Assembly: GCA_018435605.1 (NCBI GenBank)
Contig: JAHDNF010000008.1
Coordinates: 1,192 to 65,191 of the forward strand
Direction of reading: 5' to 3'
Source: a bacterium
GTDB taxonomy: Bacteria; Auribacterota; Auribacteria; Auribacterales; Auribacteraceae
DNA length: 64,000 bases
Shown: one piece after another, positions 39,835-49,436 of the stretch
Layout of the letters: each line of letters begins with the position of its first letter
How positions within the stretch are numbered: the stretch's first letter is position 1
Notes under the pieces: generated by a model
Told to the model about the DNA's origin: nothing
The model's input: the letters and a program-made list of their open reading frames with translations, nothing else
Database searches by the model: none
Program-made: the position numbers and the translations under genes

Positions 39835-41124
39835 TTATTCTGAAGAAGGTTGTGATTGTCCGTCCTTTGTCATTGCATCGCCTGTGCGTACTTCAGACTC
39901 AAGGCTCAAAATAGGCAACCCGTGAAATGTAAGCATGTCGGAAAAAATGCATCCTACCGTCTCGATAACTTTGCGAAACGGAGTGTTGCGCACATGCGCC
40001 CAACGCATATCCTCCAATCCTTGTTGCGGAGTTTTTATGTTGTACAGATACGGTAGCCGAAAACCGTCGTCTTTAGACCCGGCGGCATGCACCCTTAACC
40101 ATGCCTCACCTGTTGGCATCACATCTGTAATATAACTTAGGGTCACCTGCGCGTTATCGAATACCGTAGTAGTAAGTTTTCTACCGATATCCGTAGTGCC
40201 TATTGTCGCGTCCGGTACGGCTTCCATGGCGTTAAGCGTAGCCGCGAACAGATTTTCTCCGGCATTGAGCATGGCTTGTGGTATACCTAGAATAATATTT
40301 TTCACAAATCCATCGAGAAAAACTTTTTTGCCGGCGTATCCGATTTTTTGAATCGCGCTTTCAGGCGGATTCTCCGTTTCATTTTTTCCGAAATTCAACC
40401 CATCGAATACATTTTTCACAAAATTACCGAGCGTCTTTAATAATCCGGTTTTTTGTGCGGTTTGCATCCGGCCTTCCTTATCGATATACGTATATTTCGC
40501 TCCTTCACCTAGATTGTCAAAAGCGTATTTCAAATTCGCGGCGGCGTCCTGCAGATCTTTGCCTACACGGTTGCCAAAATCGGAATGATCATATTCCGGA
40601 TTATATTCCATAGACCCATCCGGCTTTAAAAAATAAAAATCGCCGCCGGGTATGTTGAACAGCTGATCTTGTTTATAGATTTGCATATCATTCAGGCCGC
40701 GAGCCTCTTGAGGAGTATAAGCCGGAGATCCCTCCTCGCCTTTTGGTATTCTTCGCGAATGCTGTGCCTGAATCTCGCGAAATTCTCTGATTGATTTCGC
40801 TCTGTATTGCGATGCGTTATATGGCGCAGGCCATGCGCGCTGATCTTGATCTTCTTGTATCTGCCCGGACTGACGGTCAGGCAAATGTTCGACAACTTCT
40901 GATCTTAGAGGAAAACGTTCACGAGCCTTTATTTGCGGCCATTCACTGCTTTCTTCCTTTACAGGCGTCTTCTCTTTAGACTTGGACTGCGTTTCGCGTA
41001 AAGTTTCTTCAAAACTCTTCTGCGGCGGTTTTGACACAGGTACTTTATTTTGCTGAATTTGATTCCACTGGTTAAGCCCTGAAATACCGTCTGTTTGTAT
41101 ACTGTTTACCTGTACATCACCCAT
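39835..41124 (-). CDS. hypothetical protein (429 aa), no recognisable domain, no signal peptide
   Basis: Good GGAGAA Shine-Dalgarno 6 nt before the ATG. Uninterrupted ORF. Stop codon directly abuts the asnB stop (tail-to-tail, 0-nt spacer). Confidence 0.55.
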   Translation of the reverse strand: MGDVQVNSIQTDGISGLNQWNQIQQNKVPVSKPPQKSFEETLRETQSKSKEKTPVKEESSEWPQIKARERFPLRSEVVEHLPDRQSGQIQEDQDQRAWPAPYNASQYRAKSIREFREIQAQHSRRIPKGEEGSPAYTPQEARGLNDMQIYKQDQLFNIPGGDFYFLKPDGSMEYNPEYDHSDFGNRVGKDLQDAAANLKYAFDNLGEGAKYTYIDKEGRMQTAQKTGLLKTLGNFVKNVFDGLNFGKNETENPPESAIQKIGYAGKKVFLDGFVKNIILGIPQAMLNAGENLFAATLNAMEAVPDATIGTTDIGRKLTTTVFDNAQVTLSYITDVMPTGEAWLRVHAAGSKDDGFRLPYLYNIKTPQQGLEDMRWAHVRNTPFRKVIETVGCIFSDMLTFHGLPILSLESEVRTGDAMTKDGQSQPSSE

Positions 41125-41335
41125 AATGTTCTCCGATCGCTTGCATACGTTTAAGTCATATACTTAACAAAGCATATTTCGTTCCAGACTTTTTTGCTAA
41201 ATTTATGCTAAAATGTGTTTGAATAACATTCAATGTCATCTATAATGCTGTTCTGGTATGATATGTGATTGGTTGAATATATCATTGCCCGACACAGTCA
41301 AAATAATATAAACGCAACTGCAAAGGAGTATTTCT

Positions 41336-42004
41336 GTGCGATTTTTTAAACATTGTTGTGTAGTTTTTTTCATATTTTTGTCAGTAGCTAAATGCGTTTC
41401 TTTCGCAGAAGAATATGCGGCACCCGAAATAAACGACGAAAATATTGCGGAAGTTTCCGAACCTGACAACGGCGATCTTCAACAAAGCGTTCAGTCCGGA
41501 TCAATACAGGAGCGTCACAGAGTTTACACCAAACGGCTTAATTATTATGAAGAACAAATCGAAGCGGATAATGCTGACATAGAGCTTATTCTAGAAGCCG
41601 CAAATTTGGCCTCATTCATGGCAAAACACGATAAATCGATCAAATTTTATAGAAAAGCCATTCGCGAACTGCATGAATCCGACGGATACCCTATAGAAAA
41701 AATTAGAGAAACTTACAAAATTCTCATCAACTTATATCTGAGAGAACAAAAAAGCGATATGGCTATCGCCACATTTAAACAAATGTGCGACAACGAACCG
41801 GATAATATAGACTTGAATCTTGAATTCGCTCAATTCTTACGGGATAACGGCTTCCCGCGCCGAGCGTTTCTTGAGTACCGGAAGCTACTGTCTATGCAAC
41901 CGGGTAACCTAAAGATTATAGACATGATAATGCAATTACATGCTCAGGGGCATATCAGTAAACAGGAACTGGAATCTATTATATCGCAAGAGGATAAACA
42001 ATAA
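41336..42004 (+). CDS. secreted TPR-like helical-repeat protein (hypothetical)
   Basis: Signal peptide MRFFKHCCVVFFIFLSVAKCVSFA|EE. The C-terminal part reads as helical repeats. Confidence 0.5.
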   Translation: MRFFKHCCVVFFIFLSVAKCVSFAEEYAAPEINDENIAEVSEPDNGDLQQSVQSGSIQERHRVYTKRLNYYEEQIEADNADIELILEAANLASFMAKHDKSIKFYRKAIRELHESDGYPIEKIRETYKILINLYLREQKSDMAIATFKQMCDNEPDNIDLNLEFAQFLRDNGFPRRAFLEYRKLLSMQPGNLKIIDMIMQLHAQGHISKQELESIISQEDKQ

Positions 42005-42145
42005 ATTTTTTTGCCGGTATTGAAATATTAAAATTTTCTTAGTAAAAAATGAAGAAAATATGTAATTTTTTCATAATTTGGTTGTTTAAGAAGGTGTAAC
42101 TTGTAAGTATTTTTGTACTCTAAAAATAAAACTGTGATGTGAACA

Positions 42146-43168
42146 ATGTTTAATTGCGCGACGGTAAAAAATTATTTATCCAGATACTATGATAATGAAT
42201 GCCCGAAGAACATTCATGACGAGATAGCAAAGTATCTGAATTCCTCTGAAAAATGCGGGGAGTGCCGGCAGTGCGTAAAAATATTGGATGATTACGAATA
42301 TGTACGCATGGCTCTGTCTCATCTGCCGGAATATAATCCGTCTAAAGAATATAAGAATACTTTTTCAGAGAAACTTGCCGCCTGCAAAAACGAACAAAAT
42401 TCTGTAGCGCGCCCTGTTTTCAAAAAAAAGAGAATTGCCTACGCTTATCTTTCTGCCGCGGCGATGATTGTTTTTTTTCTTGGAACGTTACTGTTTACTA
42501 CTCCGACTATTCAACCGGACAAATCCGTCCCTATAATTACTTATTTACAGGGAAAAGCATACATAGCTGACACATCTTCGGATACACCCCGTTTAGCTAT
42601 GGTTAAAAATATCATAAACAAGGGTGATACTATAGCAACAGGCCCTCATTCAAAAATAGATATCGAAATGAAAAATAAATTTAAAATAACCCTTAGGCAA
42701 AATTCCGTATTGAAGGTAGAAGAATTGACGGAAGAAGCTGATCGTCTTAGAATAATATGCAGGTTGGAGCGAGGCGGCATACTTGCCGATGTGACAAAAC
42801 ATGAAAATTCATCCGATTTTCAAATACTTACCGAACTGGTAGAAGTTGCTGTAAAGGGAACCCAATTCTCTGTAGAAACGGAAGGTCATGACGATAATAA
42901 AAAAGTTACGGTCGCCGTATTCGAGGGAGCTGTGGCAGTAAAACAAGCACAAGCCAAGCACAGCGAAAATTCTTATGCGGAACATCTAATCCGCGAGAAT
43001 TATAAAATGGTTTTCGCAAACGATGTTACAGCCATACCACAACAACTTAACGATGATGAAATCGAATCTTTCTGGGAAGTATACGAAATCGGAAACCGCT
43101 CTACAGATATAAACTATCAAGCCTCTTCGTCCGATAACAAAGATATATATCGGTCACAGTCTAAATAA
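42146..43168 (+). CDS. membrane anti-sigma factor-like protein: N-terminal zinc finger (zf-HC2-like), single TM, periplasmic FecR-like domain
   Basis: C..(x)..H...CGECRQC in the first 45 aa. TM helix IAYAYLSAAAMIVFFLGTLLF. FecR pattern GDTIATGPHSKIDIEM...ITLRQNSVLKV...VAVKGTQFSVE. Confidence 0.6.
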   Translation: MFNCATVKNYLSRYYDNECPKNIHDEIAKYLNSSEKCGECRQCVKILDDYEYVRMALSHLPEYNPSKEYKNTFSEKLAACKNEQNSVARPVFKKKRIAYAYLSAAAMIVFFLGTLLFTTPTIQPDKSVPIITYLQGKAYIADTSSDTPRLAMVKNIINKGDTIATGPHSKIDIEMKNKFKITLRQNSVLKVEELTEEADRLRIICRLERGGILADVTKHENSSDFQILTELVEVAVKGTQFSVETEGHDDNKKVTVAVFEGAVAVKQAQAKHSENSYAEHLIRENYKMVFANDVTAIPQQLNDDEIESFWEVYEIGNRSTDINYQASSSDNKDIYRSQSK

Positions 43169-43293
43169 TCTCTGTGATATAATCGTAAAACAACTATTGC
43201 TTGCATTCGGCTACCGTTTGCAGTATATATTTTTGCACACTCAGAGCTAGCGGACATTATATATTTTTGTAAATAGCGGAGAGATATAAATAA

Positions 43294-44211
43294 ATGCTCG
43301 ATATGTTTTTTTACCTGCACAGAAAAGAACTTGTTATTATTGGCGGGAGCACGCTTTTTATCGCCGTAACCTGTTTCCTGATTTACTGGATTGGCCGGCG
43401 CTGGCTTACGCGGTATAATGTTCAGAAAAATATCCGCAGAATAGAGTTTTACATGTCAGGCGGCGATAAATCATCCGATTTATGTTGTGAACTGGGAAAT
43501 AACTACATGTATATCAACGATTTTGAGAATGCCGAAAAATGGTTTCGCGAAGCGCTCGACGTCGACACCGACAATATGGAAGCATATCTGTCTCTAGCCG
43601 AACTGTATAAAAAATCGCAAGAATATGATAAACTCCGTGACATTTATTACCGTCTTTCAGAACTCAACCCATACGACTACGATATTTTACGCGAACTGGG
43701 CTGGGCATATTATTATTGTGAAGATTTTGAGAGCGCCATAAATACCTTCCTTTTGGTAAAACGCATGGCTCCGGGTGATATACACACACGTTATTCGCTC
43801 GGATTACTCTACCTTAACCAAAACGACAAAATAAAGGCTATTCAGGAATACCGTGAACTTAAGAAACTTGACGATCAAAAAGCCGATGAATTATTCGATT
43901 ACATATACCCTGAAGATCAGGGAATAACTATGGAAAGCGGCGGTCTCGGCGACGACGATGGCGAAGAGCACATCACTCTCAAACAATCTATGGAAGAAGA
44001 TGCCAGAATGCAAAACAATCAGCAAAAAGTACAGGAAACATCTGCTCAGCGACGGCGAGTTCGAACACCGGCGCAATCTCCTGTTTCCCGCATAACGCCT
44101 TCTCCCAAAACTCCTGCGCCGCGACGCAAGCAAACATCTTCACCAACTGTTACAAACAAACAATCCCAGCCATCGTCTAAAAAAGCTTCTAACAAAGAAG
44201 TTGAATCCTGA
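43294..44211 (+). CDS. membrane-anchored TPR protein with C-terminal basic, Pro/Ser/Thr/Gln-rich low-complexity tail
   Basis: N-terminal TM (LVIIGGSTLFIAVTCFLIYWI), about 4 TPRs, and a C-terminal roughly 90 aa that is low-complexity (RRRVRTPAQSPVSRITPSPKTPAPRRKQTSSP...). Confidence 0.5.
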   Translation: MLDMFFYLHRKELVIIGGSTLFIAVTCFLIYWIGRRWLTRYNVQKNIRRIEFYMSGGDKSSDLCCELGNNYMYINDFENAEKWFREALDVDTDNMEAYLSLAELYKKSQEYDKLRDIYYRLSELNPYDYDILRELGWAYYYCEDFESAINTFLLVKRMAPGDIHTRYSLGLLYLNQNDKIKAIQEYRELKKLDDQKADELFDYIYPEDQGITMESGGLGDDDGEEHITLKQSMEEDARMQNNQQKVQETSAQRRRVRTPAQSPVSRITPSPKTPAPRRKQTSSPTVTNKQSQPSSKKASNKEVES

Positions 44212-44258
44212 GCGAATCGCGTTATAATAGTTCACATCTATCTTATATAAGCTAATAC

Positions 44259-44921
44259 ATGGATAAGGTTATGGATTTTTACGTTCATGAAATTTTCAAA
44301 TCGATTCAAGGCGAATCCAGCTACGCGGGTTTCCTTTGCACTTTTGTAAGATTCGCCGGCTGTAATCTAAAGTGTGCTTACTGCGATACGGTAGAAACTC
44401 AAAACAGTGATATAGCTTTATCCATGTCTATGGAGGAAATACTTCAAAGTGTAAATAGGCTGTCATGCCATCTGGTTCTGCTTACCGGGGGCGAACCTCT
44501 TTTACAGAATCATATCATACCTTTATGTAACGAACTACAAAGACTAAATTATACTATTCTTATAGAAACTAACGGCACTATGGGTATAGAAGACTTCAGC
44601 GATAACATACGATTCATCATGGATGTCAAATGCCCCGGAAGCGCTATGGCAGGATCTTTCGCGGAAAAAAATTTATCATTTATAAAACCTGTCGACGAAC
44701 TTAAATTTGTGATAAGCGATCGCGACGATTACCTGTGGGCAAAACAATACCTTATTCAACATAATCTTACGAATCGTTGCGGACTGATCTTTTCTCCAGT
44801 ATGGGGCAAAATACCTTTATCAGATATCGCCGAATGGATAATTGAAGATAACTTGTCGCATGTACGATTACAAGTCCAGCTTCATAAATTGATATGGGGA
44901 CCTGAAGCCAAAGGAGTCTAA
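44259..44921 (+). CDS. queE: 7-carboxy-7-deazaguanine synthase (radical SAM)
   Basis: [29 protein letters not shown]. Confidence 0.85.
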   Translation: MDKVMDFYVHEIFKSIQGESSYAGFLCTFVRFAGCNLKCAYCDTVETQNSDIALSMSMEEILQSVNRLSCHLVLLTGGEPLLQNHIIPLCNELQRLNYTILIETNGTMGIEDFSDNIRFIMDVKCPGSAMAGSFAEKNLSFIKPVDELKFVISDRDDYLWAKQYLIQHNLTNRCGLIFSPVWGKIPLSDIAEWIIEDNLSHVRLQVQLHKLIWGPEAKGV

Positions 44922-44923
44922 AA

Positions 44924-45613
44924 ATGAAAAATGCGGTTGTCCTGCTAAGCGGAGGACTCGATTCGTATACTACTGCTAATGTTGCCAAATCAATGAACTA
45001 CACCATATATGCGCTGAGTTTCGATTACAGACAACGACATAACATCGAAATACAATCTGCCGCAAATATAGCGCGTCAGATCGGCGTAAAAAAACATATT
45101 ATAATTCCGCTCGACATTTTCTCAATTGCCGGTAAATCCGCCCTGACTGATTCCATAGCGGTTCCTGAAAACCGTTCCGAAGAAGATATGAGCAAAGATA
45201 TTCCGGTTACCTATGTGCCTGCAAGAAACACTGTTTTTTTATCCCATGCGCTCTGCTGGGCGGAAACTATTCCTGCGTACGATATTTTCATCGGGGTCAA
45301 CGCCGTGGACTACAGCGGATACCCAGATTGCCGTCCCGAATATATCGCCGCATTCGAAAAAATGGCAAACCTTGCGACAAAAGCAGGAGTCGAAGGGCAC
45401 CGCATAACCATCCATACTCCGTTGATCAATATGAAGAAAAACGAGATAATACGAAAAGGAATTGAGCTTGGATGTGATTATTCTCTGTCCATCAGCTGTT
45501 ATCAACCCGCGCTTAACGGTGCGTCATGCGGCATATGTGATAGTTGTCATATCAGAAAAAAAGGATTTAAAGAAGCGGGAATTCCAGATCCGACGCCCTA
45601 TATGGAGTCATAA
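44924..45613 (+). CDS. queC: 7-cyano-7-deazaguanine synthase
   Basis: [17 protein letters not shown]-loop and C-terminal Zn cysteines [10 protein letters not shown]. Confidence 0.85.
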   Translation: MKNAVVLLSGGLDSYTTANVAKSMNYTIYALSFDYRQRHNIEIQSAANIARQIGVKKHIIIPLDIFSIAGKSALTDSIAVPENRSEEDMSKDIPVTYVPARNTVFLSHALCWAETIPAYDIFIGVNAVDYSGYPDCRPEYIAAFEKMANLATKAGVEGHRITIHTPLINMKKNEIIRKGIELGCDYSLSISCYQPALNGASCGICDSCHIRKKGFKEAGIPDPTPYMES

Positions 45614-46147
45614 TTATTTAGAACTAAAAATTTTCGCAAGCATATTATTAAAGACCGTATGCAAATCTTCATCTTCAGCTAAAATTACTATTCTTTTAAA
45701 CGCAGTCTTTCCCAGACAATAATCTATTATAGATCGAATCATGTTTTCCGCCACAGTATAAGGCGATATATGGGCGTGTTCCGTAATAAACGGTATAATG
45801 GCGACCGACAACACTCGTTTGCTTTCCGCTTGTTCTAAAGCTCCATTTGTGCAAGGTGTTATATATTCCTCCAGTATACGCCCGTCCTGACCTGAGCACG
45901 CTACATGAATAAGACACTCATACGGCAGGTTACCCGCCGAAGTGATCACCGAAGCGCCTAGCTCAACCGGCCCCATCTGCATGGCCTCTTTTTCTACAAC
46001 CGATCCTGCCTGTTTTTTTATGGCGTTAGTGATATCCGATCCCATCCAGAAGTAATTATTAGCGGGAAACACCAGAGCTTCACATAACGCCGTGTTAAAA
46101 TGTTCCTGCCGTATTTCAAGAACTGTTTTGCCCAATTTTACATGCAT
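45614..46147 (-). CDS. macro-domain protein (ADP-ribose / O-acetyl-ADP-ribose binding, YmdB-like)
   Basis: ALVFPANNYFWMGSDITNAIKKQAG resembles the macro-domain A.VNAAN..L.GGGGV..AI...AG motif; 177 aa. Confidence 0.6.
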   Translation of the reverse strand: MHVKLGKTVLEIRQEHFNTALCEALVFPANNYFWMGSDITNAIKKQAGSVVEKEAMQMGPVELGASVITSAGNLPYECLIHVACSGQDGRILEEYITPCTNGALEQAESKRVLSVAIIPFITEHAHISPYTVAENMIRSIIDYCLGKTAFKRIVILAEDEDLHTVFNNMLAKIFSSK

Positions 46148-46323
46148 TTTACACCTCTGCGTTATTAATGTTTTCTATTTCCGAATAATATTTTATTCAT
46201 ACCTATATCTTAAAGTAATCCGCCCTAGAAATATATGAAAAAATATTTTTTAGCGCTTACTCGAACTCAATTTTTATTATTTTATCATTTTTTTATGGCC
46301 ATGTTTGGCATTTTCTTCAATCT

Positions 46324-46332
46324 ATGTTATAA
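46324..46332 (+). promoter_or_regulatory. extended -10 element (TGtTATAAT) upstream of the lspA-like gene
   Basis: tgttataat lies 43 nt before the AAGGAG Shine-Dalgarno and the ATG at 46375. Confidence 0.3.
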
Positions 46333-46374
46333 TGAAATTAAGCGGACAACGTAACCACAATAAGGAGTTACTTT

Positions 46375-46947
46375 ATGAGATTATTGGCAGGTAAGTTTCG
46401 CTCAGGGATGATTGTTTTAGGAATTACTCTTTTAATCGATCAAGCAACCAAATTCTTCGTCAACACAATCAATCTAAGTGATCCTACAACAGCAAATTAC
46501 CACATTATAAGCATGTTCGAAAAAATTTACAACGAAGCCGGCGTCCATTTTTTTCTTATCAATGTCAGACACTACTTCGAAATTTCACAGCTTATATTGC
46601 GCGTTGTTATTTTGCCTCTTATCGGTATTTACATTGCTTATTACATAATAAAGCATCGTATTACATCTAAATGGGTACTTCTGGGTATAGGTATGCTTAC
46701 CGGAGCATTATTCGGTAATGCTTTCGATATAGTTTTCAGAGGCTATGTTATAGACTGGATCGGCTGTTCCTTCTTTATGAACAGCTTTGAGCTGAATTAT
46801 GCCATTAATCTGGCAGATATTTTTGCGGTTTGCTCGGCTCCTTTTATTCTTATTGGCATCAGGAAAAACACTCTTAGTCTTCCTGTTGTTTTCGATAAAG
46901 AAAGAGCCGTTCCGGTATCGATATTCGACGATTCCAATGCGGCATAA
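46375..46947 (+). CDS. lspA: lipoprotein signal peptidase II-like membrane protein (divergent)
   Basis: 4 TM helices. GALFGNAFDIVFRGYVIDWI resembles the LspA GGA.GN..DR...G.VVDF motif, and NYAINLADIFAVCSA resembles FNVADSAI. Confidence 0.5.
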   Translation: MRLLAGKFRSGMIVLGITLLIDQATKFFVNTINLSDPTTANYHIISMFEKIYNEAGVHFFLINVRHYFEISQLILRVVILPLIGIYIAYYIIKHRITSKWVLLGIGMLTGALFGNAFDIVFRGYVIDWIGCSFFMNSFELNYAINLADIFAVCSAPFILIGIRKNTLSLPVVFDKERAVPVSIFDDSNAA

Positions 46948-46973
46948 TTCGCTGTTAACAATATATCGATATA

Positions 46974-47010
46974 AAAAAACGCCCTTTCCATACGGATTGG
47001 GCGTTTTTGC
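46974..47010. terminator. bidirectional rho-independent terminator between lspA-like and the MCP gene
   Basis: aaaaaaacgccc-tttccatacggatt-gggcgttttt. Confidence 0.75.
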
Positions 47011-47099
47011 TTGGTGCCATTACTGACATATCCTGATTAAAACGACTCGAACGCATCGTTATACTATGTAAAAGTCATTAATAAGCTAGCCATTACCTA

Positions 47100-48977
47100 T
47101 CATACTTTCAAACCGCCGACAAGCTGTTTGAGCAGATCGGATTGATTGGATAATTCCGTTGAAGTACCCACAGTAGTTTTTGCGTTAGTCGCGTTTTGTT
47201 CGGCAATAGAGCTAACCTGATCTACAGCTTTATTTATCTGATCTGTACCCGCCGCCTGTTCGCTCATGGCAGTGCTAATTTCTTCGGATACACGCGACAA
47301 ATCCTGCATAGCTTTAGCAACTTCTTCTACTCCTTTAGCTTGCTCGTTCATTGATGTCAGTATTCCTTGAGTCAGTTGATTCAGCATTTCCATTGCCTTT
47401 GAAATTTCCGCAGTGCCTTTTTCCTGTTCTTTGGTCGACTGTCCGACTTCGTCTGCAAGCTGTGCAACTCCCTGAATCGACTCAGTCATCTGAGTCATAC
47501 TTGCATCGACACTTTCGATTAACTCAACGCCTTTCTGGGCATTTGAGTTTGCTTCTTTTATCAAATCGGTTATTTCTTTTGCGGCCTGAGCTGACTGTTC
47601 AGCAAGATTTCTTACTTCATCCGCCACCACGGCAAATCCTTTTCCGGCTTCACCTGCACGTGCCGCCTCAATAGCGGCATTCAATGCCAACAAGTTTGTC
47701 TGCGATGCTATACCGGTTATGACTGTTATGATATTATTGATTTGATTAGAACTCTCGGCGATTGCTTTCATTCCCACCACGCTATCCTTTACCGCACGAT
47801 TGACTTCCTGCGATTTCTGGTTCACATCTGTGGCAATGTTACTTACTTTGCCTGAATTTTGAGCTATAAGTTTAATTGATGCTACCAATTGTTCTACAGT
47901 TGATGTTGATTCATTCACGGCAGACGCCTGTGACTCGACATTTTTGTTAACCCCATGCACATTACGGGTTATCTCTTCGATTGAAGAGGTAATTTCAGCA
48001 ACAGCGCATGTCTGAGTATCCACGCTTTTTTGAACTTCACGTACATTATTATTGAGTTGCATAACTGCACTCGCTGTTTCTTGCGCAGTTGATGCCAGTT
48101 CTTCAGCGCCCTTAAAAATTTCCTGAGCCGCCAAGTTGGTTGTTTCCGACCCACCGGCAATATTCCTTGTAGCATCCATGATGTTTCTAATTACATCCCG
48201 CCATTTTCGTAAAAATCGATTGAATGTAGTTGCAAGGTCTCCAAGTTCATCATTTGCGGTCACGGTTATTTCTTTAGTAAGATCGCCTTCTGCATCTGCA
48301 AGTTCTCTCAAAATGCCGATAGTCTGCTTCAACGGCAACATAATACTTCGCAATACAAAAATGAATATACCAATTACCAGAGTGATACTTATCACGATAC
48401 ATGTAATATTAATGCTCATAGTACGACTGTAGGTAACTTGAGCATTTTCATATTCAGATTTTGCAACATCAAGTTGCACCTCTATTAGCTCCGACACCTT
48501 CTCGGAAATAGGATCGATCGCAGGATACAAATCATTAATAGTAAATTGAGTAAGTGCCTCATGATTTTTGTCCTTTATGATTGAATATAATTCAACAATT
48601 TTTTTATCTGCATGTTTAAGCAGAGGCTCAGCTTCTTTGACCAGTTTTTTTTCTTCTGCAACAAGAAACGTATTGATATAAGAATCCCACTGTTTATGAA
48701 TTCTATCATTGGCCAAATCAATACCTTTCAAACCTTCTTCCCATGAAATATTTCCGTTACGTATTTTATGTGATATATCAACAATATTCACAGCATACAT
48801 ATCGGCAACTTCTTTGAGACCGGCAAGTGGCACAACTCGGTCATTGTAGACAGTCAACAGCGACTCATTCGCCTTTTTCATGCCATATTGTCCTACAAAT
48901 GCAACCAGTATTAAAGAAACTGCCACAAGAACTCCTGTTCCATATAATCTGGCTTTAATTGTCAGGTTTTTAAACAT
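47100..48977 (-). CDS. methyl-accepting chemotaxis protein
   Basis: Two TM helices flanking a periplasmic sensor, a HAMP domain, and a highly conserved MCP signalling domain (…[17 protein letters not shown]… [30 protein letters not shown]…). Confidence 0.9.
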   Translation of the reverse strand: MFKNLTIKARLYGTGVLVAVSLILVAFVGQYGMKKANESLLTVYNDRVVPLAGLKEVADMYAVNIVDISHKIRNGNISWEEGLKGIDLANDRIHKQWDSYINTFLVAEEKKLVKEAEPLLKHADKKIVELYSIIKDKNHEALTQFTINDLYPAIDPISEKVSELIEVQLDVAKSEYENAQVTYSRTMSINITCIVISITLVIGIFIFVLRSIMLPLKQTIGILRELADAEGDLTKEITVTANDELGDLATTFNRFLRKWRDVIRNIMDATRNIAGGSETTNLAAQEIFKGAEELASTAQETASAVMQLNNNVREVQKSVDTQTCAVAEITSSIEEITRNVHGVNKNVESQASAVNESTSTVEQLVASIKLIAQNSGKVSNIATDVNQKSQEVNRAVKDSVVGMKAIAESSNQINNIITVITGIASQTNLLALNAAIEAARAGEAGKGFAVVADEVRNLAEQSAQAAKEITDLIKEANSNAQKGVELIESVDASMTQMTESIQGVAQLADEVGQSTKEQEKGTAEISKAMEMLNQLTQGILTSMNEQAKGVEEVAKAMQDLSRVSEEISTAMSEQAAGTDQINKAVDQVSSIAEQNATNAKTTVGTSTELSNQSDLLKQLVGGLKV

Positions 48978-49238
48978 CTAACTACTCCTTTTTAAATTTA
49001 TTTTGCCACAAATTGTTATTCATCAAGCTAATATGATGAAATTAGGATATATTTGCATAATCGGAAAATAATTTTAGTTATTTAATTATTTCCATAATTT
49101 TGAAATATCTTTATTTCGCTCGACTCGCATGAGTATAAAATATTTTTGTTTTATAAATATGAAGAAGATTGTTATATTGCTTGGCGTTAAGATGAAAGTA
49201 TTTTTCTATTTACCTGCTAAAGATGTTAACAAATTCGC

Positions 49239-49268
49239 TTGACAAAAAAGAAACGCTCGCCTTATAGT
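49239..49268 (+). promoter_or_regulatory. sigma70-type promoter (TTGACA-18-TATAGT) for tRNA-Val/thrS
   Basis: Consensus -35 hexamer TTGACA with a TATAGT -10, 15 nt upstream of the tRNA 5' end. Confidence 0.5.
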
Positions 49269-49283
49269 GTACGAGATTATGGG

Positions 49284-49360
49284 GGGCGATTAGCTCAGCT
49301 GGTTAGAGTACTTGCTCGACACGCAAGGGGTCACTGGTTCAATTCCAGTATCGCCCACCA
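49284..49360 (+). tRNA. tRNA-Val (anticodon GAC), CCA encoded
   Basis: Cloverleaf: GGGCGAT acceptor stem, D-arm GCTC/GAGT, anticodon stem CTTGC/GCAAG with loop TCGACAC, T-arm ACTGG-TTCAATT-CCAGT, discriminator A, CCA. As read, position 33 is C rather than the usual U. Confidence 0.75.
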
Positions 49361-49436
49361 TTTTTTTATGGTGCAATAGCTTGTTAGCGTCATAATTAAA
49401 CTAAAAATACAATGCAGGAGATTAAATATATAGCTT

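Noticed and set aside
41336-42004. The 222-aa ORF as the missing ECF sigma factor for the FecR-type anti-sigma gene
   Set aside because: It begins with a cleavable signal peptide and lacks sigma-70 region 2 and 4 motifs; it looks like a secreted helical-repeat protein.
49361-49436. T-box leader upstream of thrS (expected in Firmicutes-like organisms)
   Set aside because: Only 76 nt separate the tRNA-Val 3' end from the thrS ATG. This is too short for a T-box (about 250-300 nt), and no T-box sequence (AATTAGGGTGGNACCGCG) is present.
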